In this document: in pieces, positions 29,902-39,954 of the stretch | Numbering within the stretch: the stretch's first letter is position 1 | How the letters are laid out: every line of letters begins with the position of its first letter | Assembly (NCBI GenBank): GCA_902493585.1 | Contig: CABUPZ010000003.1 | Span: 19,288 to 83,287, forward strand | Length of the DNA: 64,000 bases | Direction: 5' to 3' | Source of the DNA: an uncultured Fusicatenibacter sp. | Lineage (GTDB): Bacteria > Bacillota > Clostridia > Lachnospirales > Lachnospiraceae | Program-made: the position numbers and the translations under genes | The notes under the pieces: model-generated | The model's input: only the letters and a program-made list of their open reading frames with translations | Databases searched by the model: none | What the model was told of the DNA's origin: nothing

Positions 29902-31899
29902 ATGAATTTTTTTGAGAAACAGGGCGATGCCCTGCTGTTCCGTCAGAATGGCGAGACGGTAAAAGTAGAACCTTGGATGGCAGACAGCCTGAGAGTCCGA
30001 GCAGGACTGCTCAGTGATCTGGAGCAGGGCAGTGTTGCCCTCCTTCCGAAGGAGGAGACCCCGGTCAAAATCGAAATCGAAGAGAGGAAGGCTGTGATCA
30101 CCAACGGAAAAATCACCGCGGTCATGGAGGTACAGCCCTGGGGGAATGCGCTGCAGATGACGTTCTGCAACCAGAAGGGGGAAGTGCTCCTGAAGGAAAT
30201 TTCCAATGGCGGCGCGCTGTCTCTGAGAGCGAGACATTACAAGACGCTTCCGGGAGGAAACTTTCACCTGAAAGCGAGCTTTGTCTCTGATCCGGAGGAG
30301 AAGATTTACGGTATGGGACAATATCAGCAGGAGCGGATGAATCTGAAGGGCTGCAACCTGGAACTGGCACACAGGAATTCGCAGGCGAGTATCCCGTTCT
30401 ATGTGTCCAGCCTCGGTTATGGGTTCCTGTGGCACAATGCTGCGATCGGAGAGGTGCATTTCGGAATCAATACTACAGAGTGGGTGGCAGAAAGTACAAA
30501 ACAGCTGGACTACTGGATCACAGCCGGGGATAATCCCAAGGAGATTGAGGAAAAATACACGCTGGCGACAGGAAGAGTCCCGGTGATGCCGGAGTATGGA
30601 CTTGGCTTCTGGCAGTGCAAACTGCGCTATTACAACCAGGAGCAGGTTCTGGACATTGCCCGGGAGTACAAGAAGAGAAACATCCCGCTGGATGTCCTGG
30701 TCATCGACTATTATCACTGGCCGCGCTGCGGAGACTACCGCTTTGACGAAGAATACTTTCCGGATCCGGAGGCAATGGTAAAGGAACTGAAGGAAATGGG
30801 AATCGAGACGATGGTTTCCATCTGGCCGCAGATCGACTGGCGAAGCGAAAACTATGAGGAAATGAAGCAGCAGGGGCTTCTGGTCAAGGCAAACTCCGGT
30901 GTGGACGTGCAGATGGTCTTCCACGGCAACAACGTCTTTCTGGACGCGACCAATCCGCGCACCAGAGAGTATGTGTGGGAAAAGATCAAAAAGAATTACG
31001 CAGATATGGGGATCAAAACCTTCTGGCTGGATGAGGCGGAGCCGGAATTTACTACGTATGACTTTGAGAGTTACCGGTATTTCGCAGGCCCTGTGGCAGA
31101 GGTCGGGAATATTTATCCGAGAGAGTATGCCCGCATGTTCTACGAAGGACAGAAGGAAAACGGCCAGGAGGATATCGTAAATCTTGCCCGTTGCGCATGG
31201 GTCGGAAGCCAGAGATACGGAGCGCTGGTATGGTCCGGAGATATTTTCTCCAGCTGGGAGGATTTCCGTAAGCAGATCTGTGCAGGCCTTCATATGGGAC
31301 TGAGCGGTATTCCGTGGTGGACGACGGATATCGGAGGATTCCATGCGGGGAACATCTATGATGAGGGATTTCGTGAGCTTCTGGTCCGCTGGTTCCAGTT
31401 TGGAGCGTTCTGTCCGGTGATGCGGCTGCATGGAAGCCGCGATCCCCACAGCCCGATCCTCAACAAGGCAGGCGAAGAGCGTGAGTGGACAGGCGCAGAT
31501 AATGAGGTATGGAGCTTCGGTGAGGACAATTATCCTATTTTGGTAAAATATATTCAGCTGCGTGAGTCCATGCGGGATTACACACGCGCGGCAATGAGGG
31601 AAGCACATGAAAAAGGTCATCCGGTCATGCGAACACTGTTTTACGAATTTCCGGAGGACAAAAACTGCTGGGATATCACGGATGAGTATCTGTTCGGTTC
31701 CGATCTCCTGGTGGCTCCGGTCGTTCAGCCGGGTGCGACGTCAAGAACTGTTTATTTGCCGGCGGGTGTGTCCTGGACCGATATGAGTGACGGAAAGGTG
31801 TATGCCGGCGGACGTGTCTATGAGATCGACGCGCCGATAGAAAAAATACCTGTATTCCTGCGGGATGGAAAGCAGAGTGAGCTGATCGGAAAGATCTGA
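29902..31899 (+). CDS. GH31 glycoside hydrolase (alpha-xylosidase/alpha-glucosidase-like)
   Basis: GFWQCKLRY, FWLDEAEPE nucleophile, WSGDI, WTTDIGGF, RWFQFG, MRLHG. Confidence 0.92.
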   Translation: MNFFEKQGDALLFRQNGETVKVEPWMADSLRVRAGLLSDLEQGSVALLPKEETPVKIEIEERKAVITNGKITAVMEVQPWGNALQMTFCNQKGEVLLKEISNGGALSLRARHYKTLPGGNFHLKASFVSDPEEKIYGMGQYQQERMNLKGCNLELAHRNSQASIPFYVSSLGYGFLWHNAAIGEVHFGINTTEWVAESTKQLDYWITAGDNPKEIEEKYTLATGRVPVMPEYGLGFWQCKLRYYNQEQVLDIAREYKKRNIPLDVLVIDYYHWPRCGDYRFDEEYFPDPEAMVKELKEMGIETMVSIWPQIDWRSENYEEMKQQGLLVKANSGVDVQMVFHGNNVFLDATNPRTREYVWEKIKKNYADMGIKTFWLDEAEPEFTTYDFESYRYFAGPVAEVGNIYPREYARMFYEGQKENGQEDIVNLARCAWVGSQRYGALVWSGDIFSSWEDFRKQICAGLHMGLSGIPWWTTDIGGFHAGNIYDEGFRELLVRWFQFGAFCPVMRLHGSRDPHSPILNKAGEEREWTGADNEVWSFGEDNYPILVKYIQLRESMRDYTRAAMREAHEKGHPVMRTLFYEFPEDKNCWDITDEYLFGSDLLVAPVVQPGATSRTVYLPAGVSWTDMSDGKVYAGGRVYEIDAPIEKIPVFLRDGKQSELIGKI

Positions 31900-31935
31900 C
31901 GAGGCAGGCTTGGAGCAATTAAAAACAGAGTAATC

Positions 31936-31985
31936 AAAAAGAGGGTATTCCAGACCAGAAATCAGGTTTGGAATATCCTCTTTTT
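31936..31985. terminator. bidirectional terminator
   Basis: aaaaagagggtattcca...tggaatatcctcttttt. Confidence 0.75.
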
Positions 31986-31986
31986 C

Positions 31987-32256
31987 TTAATCTTCTTCAA
32001 TCACCTGAATTTCAAGAAAATCAAAGTCGATTTCTTCGATCCAGTTATCCTGGCGGAATCTCGTTTTGCTGTGGCGTTTGAAATCTGTGATATTCGAATC
32101 CAGCCAGATCGGAACGGCAAGATTCCACGTGTCGCAGATACTGTTCAGTCCGCGGAAGATTTTGTGCGTCCGGGTTTCATCGGTATCATCACAGATCACA
32201 AGATCCTTTGCCGTATCCTTGCCGTCATAGACCAGCCGGCCCCAAAGTCGAAACAT
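31987..32256 (-). CDS. small hypothetical protein (89 aa)
   Basis: MFRLWGRL..RTHKIF..DLxxPIWL-like..FRQDNWIEEIDFDFLEIQVIEED; AAAGGA/GGGG upstream. Confidence 0.75.
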   Translation of the reverse strand: MFRLWGRLVYDGKDTAKDLVICDDTDETRTHKIFRGLNSICDTWNLAVPIWLDSNITDFKRHSKTRFRQDNWIEEIDFDFLEIQVIEED

Positions 32257-32343
32257 ATCCCCAATCCTTTCCGAAAACGCCGTGTTCCGGCGCCTGTTTT
32301 CTGATACTATAACATGATGGCAGAAGTGTGTCAATCGGATGCA

Positions 32344-32370
32344 GTAACGTTCCGCGGGCTGAACTGTTGT
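32344..32370. repeat. REP-like palindrome, degenerate copy
   Basis: GTAACGTTCCGCGGGCTGAACTGTTGT. Confidence 0.45.
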
Positions 32371-32619
32371 GAATTGTTGCGTCAAATGCACAGCGCAATT
32401 GTTTTTGTTCTGGAAGTTGTGTATAATATTGCGTAATTGGAGACAACGGCTCTGCGCGGCAGGACAAAAGAGAAACGCCAGTCTGTCTCCTGTTGAAAAA
32501 TTAAAAGATTATTAAGAGTTTTCGCAAGATGAAATAAAAATTTCACTGCTAAGATATTACCATAGAACATCTGATATCTCATGGCAGAAACGAAAGAATT
32601 CAGAGAGGTGAATAAAATT

Positions 32620-33315
32620 ATGTACAACATACTGGTTTGTGACGACGATAAGGAAATTGTGGACGCGATTGAGATCTATCTGACCCAGGAAGGCTATCAT
32701 ATCCTGAAAGCCTATGACGGGATGCAGGCAGTTCAGATGCTCGAGAGGGAGGAAGTTCATCTCCTGATCATTGACGTCATGATGCCGAAACTGGACGGTA
32801 TCCGCGCGACGCTGAAGATCAGGGAGACCAGCAGCATCCCGATCATTATCCTGTCCGCGAAATCAGAGGACGTGGATAAGATTCTGGGGCTGAACATCGG
32901 TGCTGATGACTATGTGACCAAACCGTTTAACCCGCTGGAACTGGTTGCCCGTGTGAAATCCCAGTTAAGACGGTATACCAAGCTGGGAACCATGCAGGCA
33001 CAGGAAAACGCGAATGTTTTTCAGGTCGGAGGACTTGTGGTGAACGATGATCTGAAAGAGGTTACGGTAGAGGGAGAACCGGTAAAACTGACACCTATCG
33101 AGTATAACATCCTTCTTCTTCTGGTCAGAAATCCTGGAAAGGTGTTTTCCATTGAACAGATTTACGAAAACATCTGGAACGAGGAGGCCATCGGCGCGGA
33201 TAACACGGTGGCGGTGCATATCCGTCATATCCGTGAAAAAATCGAGATTAACCCAAAGGAACCCCATTATCTGAAAGTGGTATGGGGAATCGGTTACAAG
33301 ATTGAGAAACTTTAA
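32620..33315 (+). CDS. OmpR-family response regulator
   Basis: ILVCDDD, DVMMP, GADDYVTKPF, VHIRHIREKIE, VWGIGY. Confidence 0.95.
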   Translation: MYNILVCDDDKEIVDAIEIYLTQEGYHILKAYDGMQAVQMLEREEVHLLIIDVMMPKLDGIRATLKIRETSSIPIIILSAKSEDVDKILGLNIGADDYVTKPFNPLELVARVKSQLRRYTKLGTMQAQENANVFQVGGLVVNDDLKEVTVEGEPVKLTPIEYNILLLLVRNPGKVFSIEQIYENIWNEEAIGADNTVAVHIRHIREKIEINPKEPHYLKVVWGIGYKIEKL

Positions 33316-33335
33316 AAAGGAGAACGGGAAAACAG

Positions 33336-36017
33336 ATGGAAGAAAAGAAGAGAGCTTTTTACAGTGTACCTGCAAAGGCAGTGGTTTTGTTCCTGTGTGC
33401 GCTGGGCGTCTTTCTCGCCGGATTCTGCGGGATCCTTCTGCTGGATCTGGCATCCAGGGGTGTTCCCATCAGCAGGGCGAAGACTCCTTATGAGAGTACG
33501 GAGTCCTGCGGAGTGCTTATGACCGGGCAGCTGGAAGAGCTGCAGGACTTTTACGAAGGACAGCATAAACTGCACATCAGCGATGCGCCGGCATCCGAGA
33601 CGATCGTGGATATCACGGAATTTGGGGAAGGGGCGCTGGGAGAGGCGGGAGAAAATACTTCCTATACGTTGGCACAGCTGGACCAGATGACGGATCAGAT
33701 TCTTTCGATGTTCAATGATTCTGTGGCTTACTACGCGGAAGACTATGCGTCCAATGATGCGGGTGTTGAGGTATATGAGGATACTTACGACGAGAATGGG
33801 GAATACGTTGATATCTATCAGAAAGCCCGGGAGGATCAGAAATCTTATATGTATGAAGATTATAATATGATCGTGGATCCGGATGGAAATGAAATCGACT
33901 GCAACGGTTCGCATTTTACACCGTCCCAGCAGACGATCGATTCCCTGAAGGCGAATGAATGCGATTATAAAGACTATTCTTCTCAGTTTCTGTATCTTTA
34001 CGAGATGGGCGGCGATTATGAAACGGAGCTGCCCCAGTCGGGTGTGAGCCTCAGGGATTACGCGGCGAAAAACCGCCAGGTGTCCCTGTATGATCTGTAT
34101 CAGGCGCTCTACCATACCGTGCGTACGCTGGTGAACTACAGGAATGCGGACGGCGATATGAAAGAAGAGAGCAACGTTCAGTATTGTATCGAACTGGAAG
34201 ATGGGACCGTCTATACCAATGTGGACAGCTGGAGTGAGGGTTACAACGCGGCAGTCTCGGCGATGAGCGCTTCGGAAGCGAATGCGGAGGGAAGAATGAT
34301 AGGCGTGGCTTATTCCCGGGAACTTGGCCGTGCGGCGTTCGAGAAGAAATCTCCGTCGTCGGATATGATGCAGGTTCTTACTTCCTGGATCTCGGCGAAC
34401 AATCTGGTGACGGAAGGGGAGAAGGCAGTCGTTGTACTGAATACTTCCTGGCCGGTGGAGGATGAATTTTCACAGGCAGCCAGTGTGTTTTCCGTATGGG
34501 GCAGCTGGACGCCGCTTCTGGCGGGACTTACGGCAGCCGGGATCGTGCTTGGGCTGGTCAGTCTTGTGCTTGCCACTTTGCAGGCGGGGCGGAACTGTTA
34601 TAACAGGGAAATCAAGCGGTATTCCTTCGACTGTATCCCTACGGAAGTCTACCTGATCCTGATCTTTCTGGTGGGCGCCATGATCATCTGCCTTCCGGTT
34701 CTGGTGATCGGTTTGAGCTTTGACCAGTATCCGACTGCCTATACCGGAAATTCCCAGTATTATCTCAGGGATATGCAGGCGTACCGTTCTCTTTTTGCAG
34801 GTCTCTCACTCAGTGGAGGGATAATGCTTATGATGCCGATTTACAGCAGTCTGGTGCGCAGGATCAAGGCGAAAAATCTCTGGAGCAGATCTCTGGTCCG
34901 GAGTATCTTTAAAATGTGCCGTGAAGTCTATGACGCAAGAAAGATGACACAGAAGATCCTGCTGGTATTTGTGATTTTTGCGCTGCTTCAGATTATTTTC
35001 ATCGGTGTTTTTGGCGGGTTTGGTATTTTGCTTGCTGCTTTGCTGGACATTATCGCGGCGCTCTATCTGGTGCGCGAGGCGGCCGGGCGTCAGACCATCC
35101 AGCAGGGCCTTCGCAGGATCGGCAGCGGAGATCTGGAGTATAAGATCGACCTGACGACCCTGCGCGGCGATAACCTGGAAATGGCGGAGACGGTCAACAG
35201 TGTGGGAAAAGGCCTGCAGGCGGCGATCCAGGAGCAGATGAAGAGCGAACGTCTGAAGACAGACCTGATCACCAATGTGTCCCATGATATCAAAACGCCC
35301 CTGACGTCGATCATCAATTATGTGGATCTTCTGAAACGGGAGGGAATCCAGGATCCGAAGATCAAAGGTTACATTGATATCCTGGATGCGAAATCTCAGA
35401 GGCTGAAACAGCTGACTGAGGATCTGGTGGAGGCTTCCAAGATCAGTTCCGGAAATATCAAACTGGAATTTATGAACCTGAATCTGAATGAACTGGTGCA
35501 GCAGGTCAACGGAGAGTTTGACGAACGGTTTAGGGACAGAAATCTGTCGCTGATCTGTGTGCTTGGCAATGAGCCGCTGGTGATCCGTGCGGACAGCCGC
35601 CGGATCTGGCGAGTACTGGAAAATCTTTATGTCAATGTGGTGAAATATGCGATGCCCGGCACGCGGGTCTACGTTGACGCGATGAAACGGAACGACAAGG
35701 TCGTCTTTTCCATCAAAAATATCTCAGAAAATCCGCTGAACATCAATGCGGATGAGCTGACGGAACGCTTTATCCGCGGCGATGTGAGCCGCAGCACAGA
35801 GGGAAGCGGACTGGGACTTTCCATTGCGAAAAACCTGACGACCCTGCAGCACGGAACTTTCCGGATCTACCTGGACGGCGATCTGTTTAAGGTGACGATC
35901 ACATTCGATGAAGTAAAAGAACAGAAGAAGCAGACGAAACCGCCGGCACCGGAAACATCCGGGCAGACGGAGGAAGATTTCTGGGAAAAGCTGCAGAACG
36001 AGCAGAAATCCAAGTGA
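33336..36017 (+). CDS. membrane sensor histidine kinase with large extracytoplasmic domain
   Basis: NVSHDIKTPLTS, ENLYVNVVKY, GSGLGLSIA; multiple TM helices. Confidence 0.93.
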   Translation: MEEKKRAFYSVPAKAVVLFLCALGVFLAGFCGILLLDLASRGVPISRAKTPYESTESCGVLMTGQLEELQDFYEGQHKLHISDAPASETIVDITEFGEGALGEAGENTSYTLAQLDQMTDQILSMFNDSVAYYAEDYASNDAGVEVYEDTYDENGEYVDIYQKAREDQKSYMYEDYNMIVDPDGNEIDCNGSHFTPSQQTIDSLKANECDYKDYSSQFLYLYEMGGDYETELPQSGVSLRDYAAKNRQVSLYDLYQALYHTVRTLVNYRNADGDMKEESNVQYCIELEDGTVYTNVDSWSEGYNAAVSAMSASEANAEGRMIGVAYSRELGRAAFEKKSPSSDMMQVLTSWISANNLVTEGEKAVVVLNTSWPVEDEFSQAASVFSVWGSWTPLLAGLTAAGIVLGLVSLVLATLQAGRNCYNREIKRYSFDCIPTEVYLILIFLVGAMIICLPVLVIGLSFDQYPTAYTGNSQYYLRDMQAYRSLFAGLSLSGGIMLMMPIYSSLVRRIKAKNLWSRSLVRSIFKMCREVYDARKMTQKILLVFVIFALLQIIFIGVFGGFGILLAALLDIIAALYLVREAAGRQTIQQGLRRIGSGDLEYKIDLTTLRGDNLEMAETVNSVGKGLQAAIQEQMKSERLKTDLITNVSHDIKTPLTSIINYVDLLKREGIQDPKIKGYIDILDAKSQRLKQLTEDLVEASKISSGNIKLEFMNLNLNELVQQVNGEFDERFRDRNLSLICVLGNEPLVIRADSRRIWRVLENLYVNVVKYAMPGTRVYVDAMKRNDKVVFSIKNISENPLNINADELTERFIRGDVSRSTEGSGLGLSIAKNLTTLQHGTFRIYLDGDLFKVTITFDEVKEQKKQTKPPAPETSGQTEEDFWEKLQNEQKSK

Positions 36018-36096
36018 CGGCACCAGAAAACGTGCGCTGAAGAAACTTATTTTGAAAAAGATATTCAGGAAAAGTATTCACAAAAAGACATGAAAA

Positions 36097-36169
36097 AAGA
36101 ACCCCTGATTTGTGATTGGTCGATGTATTGAAAACGAAATGGATCACAAATCAGGGGTTCTTCTTTTTT
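36097..36169. terminator. bidirectional terminator hairpin
   Basis: aagaacccctgatttgtgat...atcacaaatcaggggttctt. Confidence 0.75.
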
Positions 36170-36217
36170 CACTGAATCCGATTCAGCAGTTACAGAACAG
36201 CGGTTTCTCCGGCTGTT

Positions 36218-37075
36218 TTATACGGTCGTTTCCTCTGCTTCGGAAGATTCTTCCGAAGAAACGGTTTCGGAAGAGACTTCTTCCGAAGAAGCAGCATCAG
36301 AAGCATCACTGTCAGAAGCGGAACCATCGGAATCAGAAGGTTCCTCCGAATCCGTTCCGGAGTTTTTCAGAAAATCTGTGCTGGCACGGTCCATTGCCTC
36401 GAGGACCCGGCTGGATTCCTCCATCTCTGAGAGCTCCCCGTCCTCTTCTTCCGCCGGCATATAGTATGGAAAGATCTTATTTACAAAGAACCAGGAATTG
36501 GCAAGCGCCACAACGGAGGTTCCAAGGAAGATCATAAAGAAGAGTACCATCGAAGAGATGGATGCCGGAGCAAAGATAAACAGAAGCAGCGGCAGAAGGT
36601 TAATGATGAGCATAACGATGGTCCACGGCAGATGGCGGATCGCCATCAGGAGAGAATTCTTGATCGTCTGACGAACCGTATTGTCAAACCGGCACAGGAC
36701 GGGGAAGACATAGGTCAGAACCATACCCCAGACAAACAGAAGAACAAAAAATACATACTTCAGATAAGCGAACCCGCCAGCCATCTGGTTGGTCAGAAAG
36801 ATATCCAAAAACAGGAAAACACCGATAAAAAGGAGGATCAGCCAGATGCCGACTGCCTGTTTGAAATTCTGCCGCCAGGATTTCCAATAACTCTTCCATA
36901 CATAAGACTCTTCGTTTTTCACCATTTTCAGTGTTACATAATACAGAGCAGTATAGTTGACGCCGATGGTAAAAATCGGGATAGACGTAAAGATAAATAC
37001 CAGGTTCAGAACCATCAGATCGAAGACCCTTCCCATAAACTGCGAAAATTTGCTGTCAGGATTGAAAATACCCAT
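36218..37075 (-). CDS. YesL/DUF624 family membrane protein with acidic Ser-rich tail
   Basis: DLMVLN..SIPIFTIG..TALY..NFKQA..YVFP..RFDN..IKNS. Confidence 0.88.
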   Translation of the reverse strand: MGIFNPDSKFSQFMGRVFDLMVLNLVFIFTSIPIFTIGVNYTALYYVTLKMVKNEESYVWKSYWKSWRQNFKQAVGIWLILLFIGVFLFLDIFLTNQMAGGFAYLKYVFFVLLFVWGMVLTYVFPVLCRFDNTVRQTIKNSLLMAIRHLPWTIVMLIINLLPLLLFIFAPASISSMVLFFMIFLGTSVVALANSWFFVNKIFPYYMPAEEEDGELSEMEESSRVLEAMDRASTDFLKNSGTDSEEPSDSDGSASDSDASDAASSEEVSSETVSSEESSEAEETTV

Positions 37076-37390
37076 TGCTGTTATTCCTCTTTTCTACTAA
37101 AATATATTGAGTAGTATAGCGAATTTTTGGTGAAAATGCAATGAACAGAATCTAAAGTTTGAGATTCGTCAATGTGACTACGAAAAGAAAATATCTTTGT
37201 TTATTCTGCTGTTGATGGTGGGTGCGGATAGAGGGGATAAGCATTATTGACAAGGGCATTCCTGAAAATTTGTGGAATAATGGTATGGTGCAAATTGGTC
37301 TGTTTAGGTATACTTAGTTCAGAAACAAAAAAGCGTCATTCGGCGCTTCGGGGTTAAAGACAGGATAAGAATTCTAGGAGGATATGAAAA

Positions 37391-38503
37391 ATGGCAAGTT
37401 TATCTTTACAGCACATTACCAAGAGATATCCAAATGGTTTTGAAGCCGTTAAGGACTTCAACCTGGAGATCGCAGACAAAGAGTTTATCATCTTTGTAGG
37501 ACCTTCCGGATGTGGAAAATCTACCACACTGCGTATGATCGCAGGTCTGGAAGAAATTTCCGACGGAACACTGAAAATTGATGACAAGGTTATGAACGAT
37601 GTAGAGCCGAAGGATCGTGATATCGCGATGGTATTCCAGAACTACGCTCTGTATCCTCATATGACCGTATATGATAACATGGCTTTCGGTCTGAAACTGA
37701 GAAAAACTCCGAAGGATCAGATCGACAAGATGGTAAAAGAAGCAGCTAAGATCCTGGATCTGGAGAAACTGCTTGACCGTAAACCGAAGGCTCTGTCCGG
37801 TGGTCAGAGACAGCGTGTTGCTATGGGACGTGCAATCGTGCGTGATCCGAAAGTATTCCTGATGGACGAGCCGCTGTCCAACCTGGATGCAAAACTTCGT
37901 GTACAGATGCGTACTGAGATCTCCAAACTGCATGAGAGACTGGGCGCTACGATCATCTACGTAACACATGACCAGACAGAGGCTATGACCCTGGGTACCA
38001 GAATCGTAGTTATGAAAGACGGCGTTGTTCAGCAGGTAGATACACCTCAGAACCTGTACAATGCACCGGGCAACCTGTTCGTAGCCGGATTCATCGGATC
38101 TCCGCAGATGAACTTCCTGGATGCAAAAGTAAGTGTAAACGGAAACGACGTTACCTTAACAGTTGGCAAGTACAGCATGAAACTGCCGGCATCCAAAGCA
38201 AAAGCCGTAATCGAAGGCGGATATGACGGAAAGACCGTAGTTATGGGTATCCGTCCTGAAAACGTACATGATTCTCAGATGTTCATCGAGACATCCAAAG
38301 AGAGTGTTATCGAGTGTCAGATCAACGTATATGAGCTGTTAGGTGCAGAAGTTTATCTGTACTTCGACTGCGAGGGATTCCCGATGACAGCCCGCGTAGA
38401 TCCGCGTACAACTGCAAGAAGCGGTGATACCGTTAAATTTGCACTGGATATGGAAAAAGTTCATCTGTTCGACAAAGAGACAGAACTTACCATTACCAAC
38501 TAA
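37391..38503 (+). CDS. msmX: shared sugar ABC ATPase (MsmX/MsmK/UgpC-like)
   Basis: GPSGCGKST, LSGGQRQR, MDEPLSNLD, VTHDQ; highly biased codon usage. Confidence 0.92.
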   Translation: MASLSLQHITKRYPNGFEAVKDFNLEIADKEFIIFVGPSGCGKSTTLRMIAGLEEISDGTLKIDDKVMNDVEPKDRDIAMVFQNYALYPHMTVYDNMAFGLKLRKTPKDQIDKMVKEAAKILDLEKLLDRKPKALSGGQRQRVAMGRAIVRDPKVFLMDEPLSNLDAKLRVQMRTEISKLHERLGATIIYVTHDQTEAMTLGTRIVVMKDGVVQQVDTPQNLYNAPGNLFVAGFIGSPQMNFLDAKVSVNGNDVTLTVGKYSMKLPASKAKAVIEGGYDGKTVVMGIRPENVHDSQMFIETSKESVIECQINVYELLGAEVYLYFDCEGFPMTARVDPRTTARSGDTVKFALDMEKVHLFDKETELTITN

Positions 38504-38534
38504 TCAGATATCTTTTTGGAATTCATTCCATAGG

Positions 38535-38563
38535 GAGGACTGCCTGCGGGCGGTCCTCTTTTT
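38535..38563 (+). terminator. intrinsic terminator
   Basis: gaggactgcctgcgggcggtcctcttttt. Confidence 0.85.
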
Positions 38564-38814
38564 CTATTCCGGCGTCCATCCAAGAAAAACTGCTTCGGAA
38601 TGAGGCGGGCGCCCAAAGGCATCCTGGTTTCATACGGTATGTGTAGAAAACTCAAAGACCTGGCGGAACGGTTGCCTGCACTCTGACTTTTTTACGGAAA
38701 ATCATTGCCAATCCATTGAAAATACGATATGATTGAATATATATGTCAATAGATTCTAACAATGTCAGGCATTGAGAAAATGTCTTTGGTTGTACAGGAT
38801 CAAAGAGAAAGGAA

Positions 38815-39915
38815 GTGGCAATTTTGGTTTCAAGTCAGGTTTTACAGAAGACTCTGGACGAACTCAGAAATATTACAAGAATTGATTTATGTGTGACAAA
38901 TACGGATGGCGCTCTGCTCGTTACCACGTTTCCGGAAACAGCGATCGATGCAGACAGCATCCGTTCTTTTGTAGATTCTGCAGCGGACAGCCAGGTGATT
39001 CAGGACAATCATTTCTTCAAGGTATACGATAATCAGAATGTGGAATATGTCCTGCTGGCAAGGGGCAGCAGCGATGATGCTTATATGATCGGAAAGGTAG
39101 CGGTTTGCCAGATTCAGAATCTGATCATCGCCTATAAAGAGCGTCTGGATAAGAACAATTTCATCCAGAACCTTCTGCTGGACAACCTCCTGATGGTGGA
39201 CGTTTATAATCGTGCAAAAAAGCTGCGGATTGATACGGATGTGCGTCGTGTTGTATTTATGGTGGAGACCAAAATGGAAAAGGATGCCAATGCGATGGAG
39301 ACGGTCAAAAGCTTGTTTGTATCCCGCCCGAGAGATTTTATCACTGCCGTGGAAGAAAAGAGCATCATCATTGTCAAAGAACTGAAAGAAGAGGACGGCT
39401 TTGAGGAAATGAACCAGATTGCAAACATGCTGGTGGATATGCTGAATGCGGAGGCCATGTCCCAGGTGCGCGTTTCTTACGGAAATCCGGTCAATGAGAT
39501 CAAGAACGTATCCCGTTCTTATAAGGAAGCAAAGATGGCCCTGGAAGTAGGAAAGATTTTCTATGCGGAAAAGAACGTGATCCCGTATAATAATCTCGGA
39601 ATCGGACGTCTGATCTATCAGCTGCCGATCCCGCTTTGCGAAATGTTTATGAAAGAAGTGTTCGGAGAACACCTGCCGGATACCTTCGATGAGGAGACTC
39701 TGACAACGATCAATAAGTTCTTTGAGAACAACCTGAATGTGTCCGAGACCTCCCGCCAGCTGTACGTACACAGAAATACGCTGGTTTACCGTCTTGAAAA
39801 ACTGGAAAAGAGTACAGGCCTGGATATCCGCAGGTTTGACGATGCTCTGACCTTCAAGATCGCGATGATGGTAGTCAGCTACATGAACTATATGAACAAT
39901 AACGAAAATGCTTAA
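38815..39915 (+). CDS. CdaR/PucR-family transcriptional regulator
   Basis: C-terminal NLNVSETSRQLYVHRNTLVYRLEKL HTH. Confidence 0.9.
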   Translation: MAILVSSQVLQKTLDELRNITRIDLCVTNTDGALLVTTFPETAIDADSIRSFVDSAADSQVIQDNHFFKVYDNQNVEYVLLARGSSDDAYMIGKVAVCQIQNLIIAYKERLDKNNFIQNLLLDNLLMVDVYNRAKKLRIDTDVRRVVFMVETKMEKDANAMETVKSLFVSRPRDFITAVEEKSIIIVKELKEEDGFEEMNQIANMLVDMLNAEAMSQVRVSYGNPVNEIKNVSRSYKEAKMALEVGKIFYAEKNVIPYNNLGIGRLIYQLPIPLCEMFMKEVFGEHLPDTFDEETLTTINKFFENNLNVSETSRQLYVHRNTLVYRLEKLEKSTGLDIRRFDDALTFKIAMMVVSYMNYMNNNENA

Positions 39916-39954
39916 TGGGTCAAGCAGTCGTTGAGGGAAGAGAGGAGAGAACCA

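Noticed and set aside
32500..32560. OmpR-type direct-repeat operator (TAAAA/TAAGA/CAAGA)
   Set aside because: Spacing is inconsistent (11 and 12 bp) in AT-rich DNA; too weak to call.
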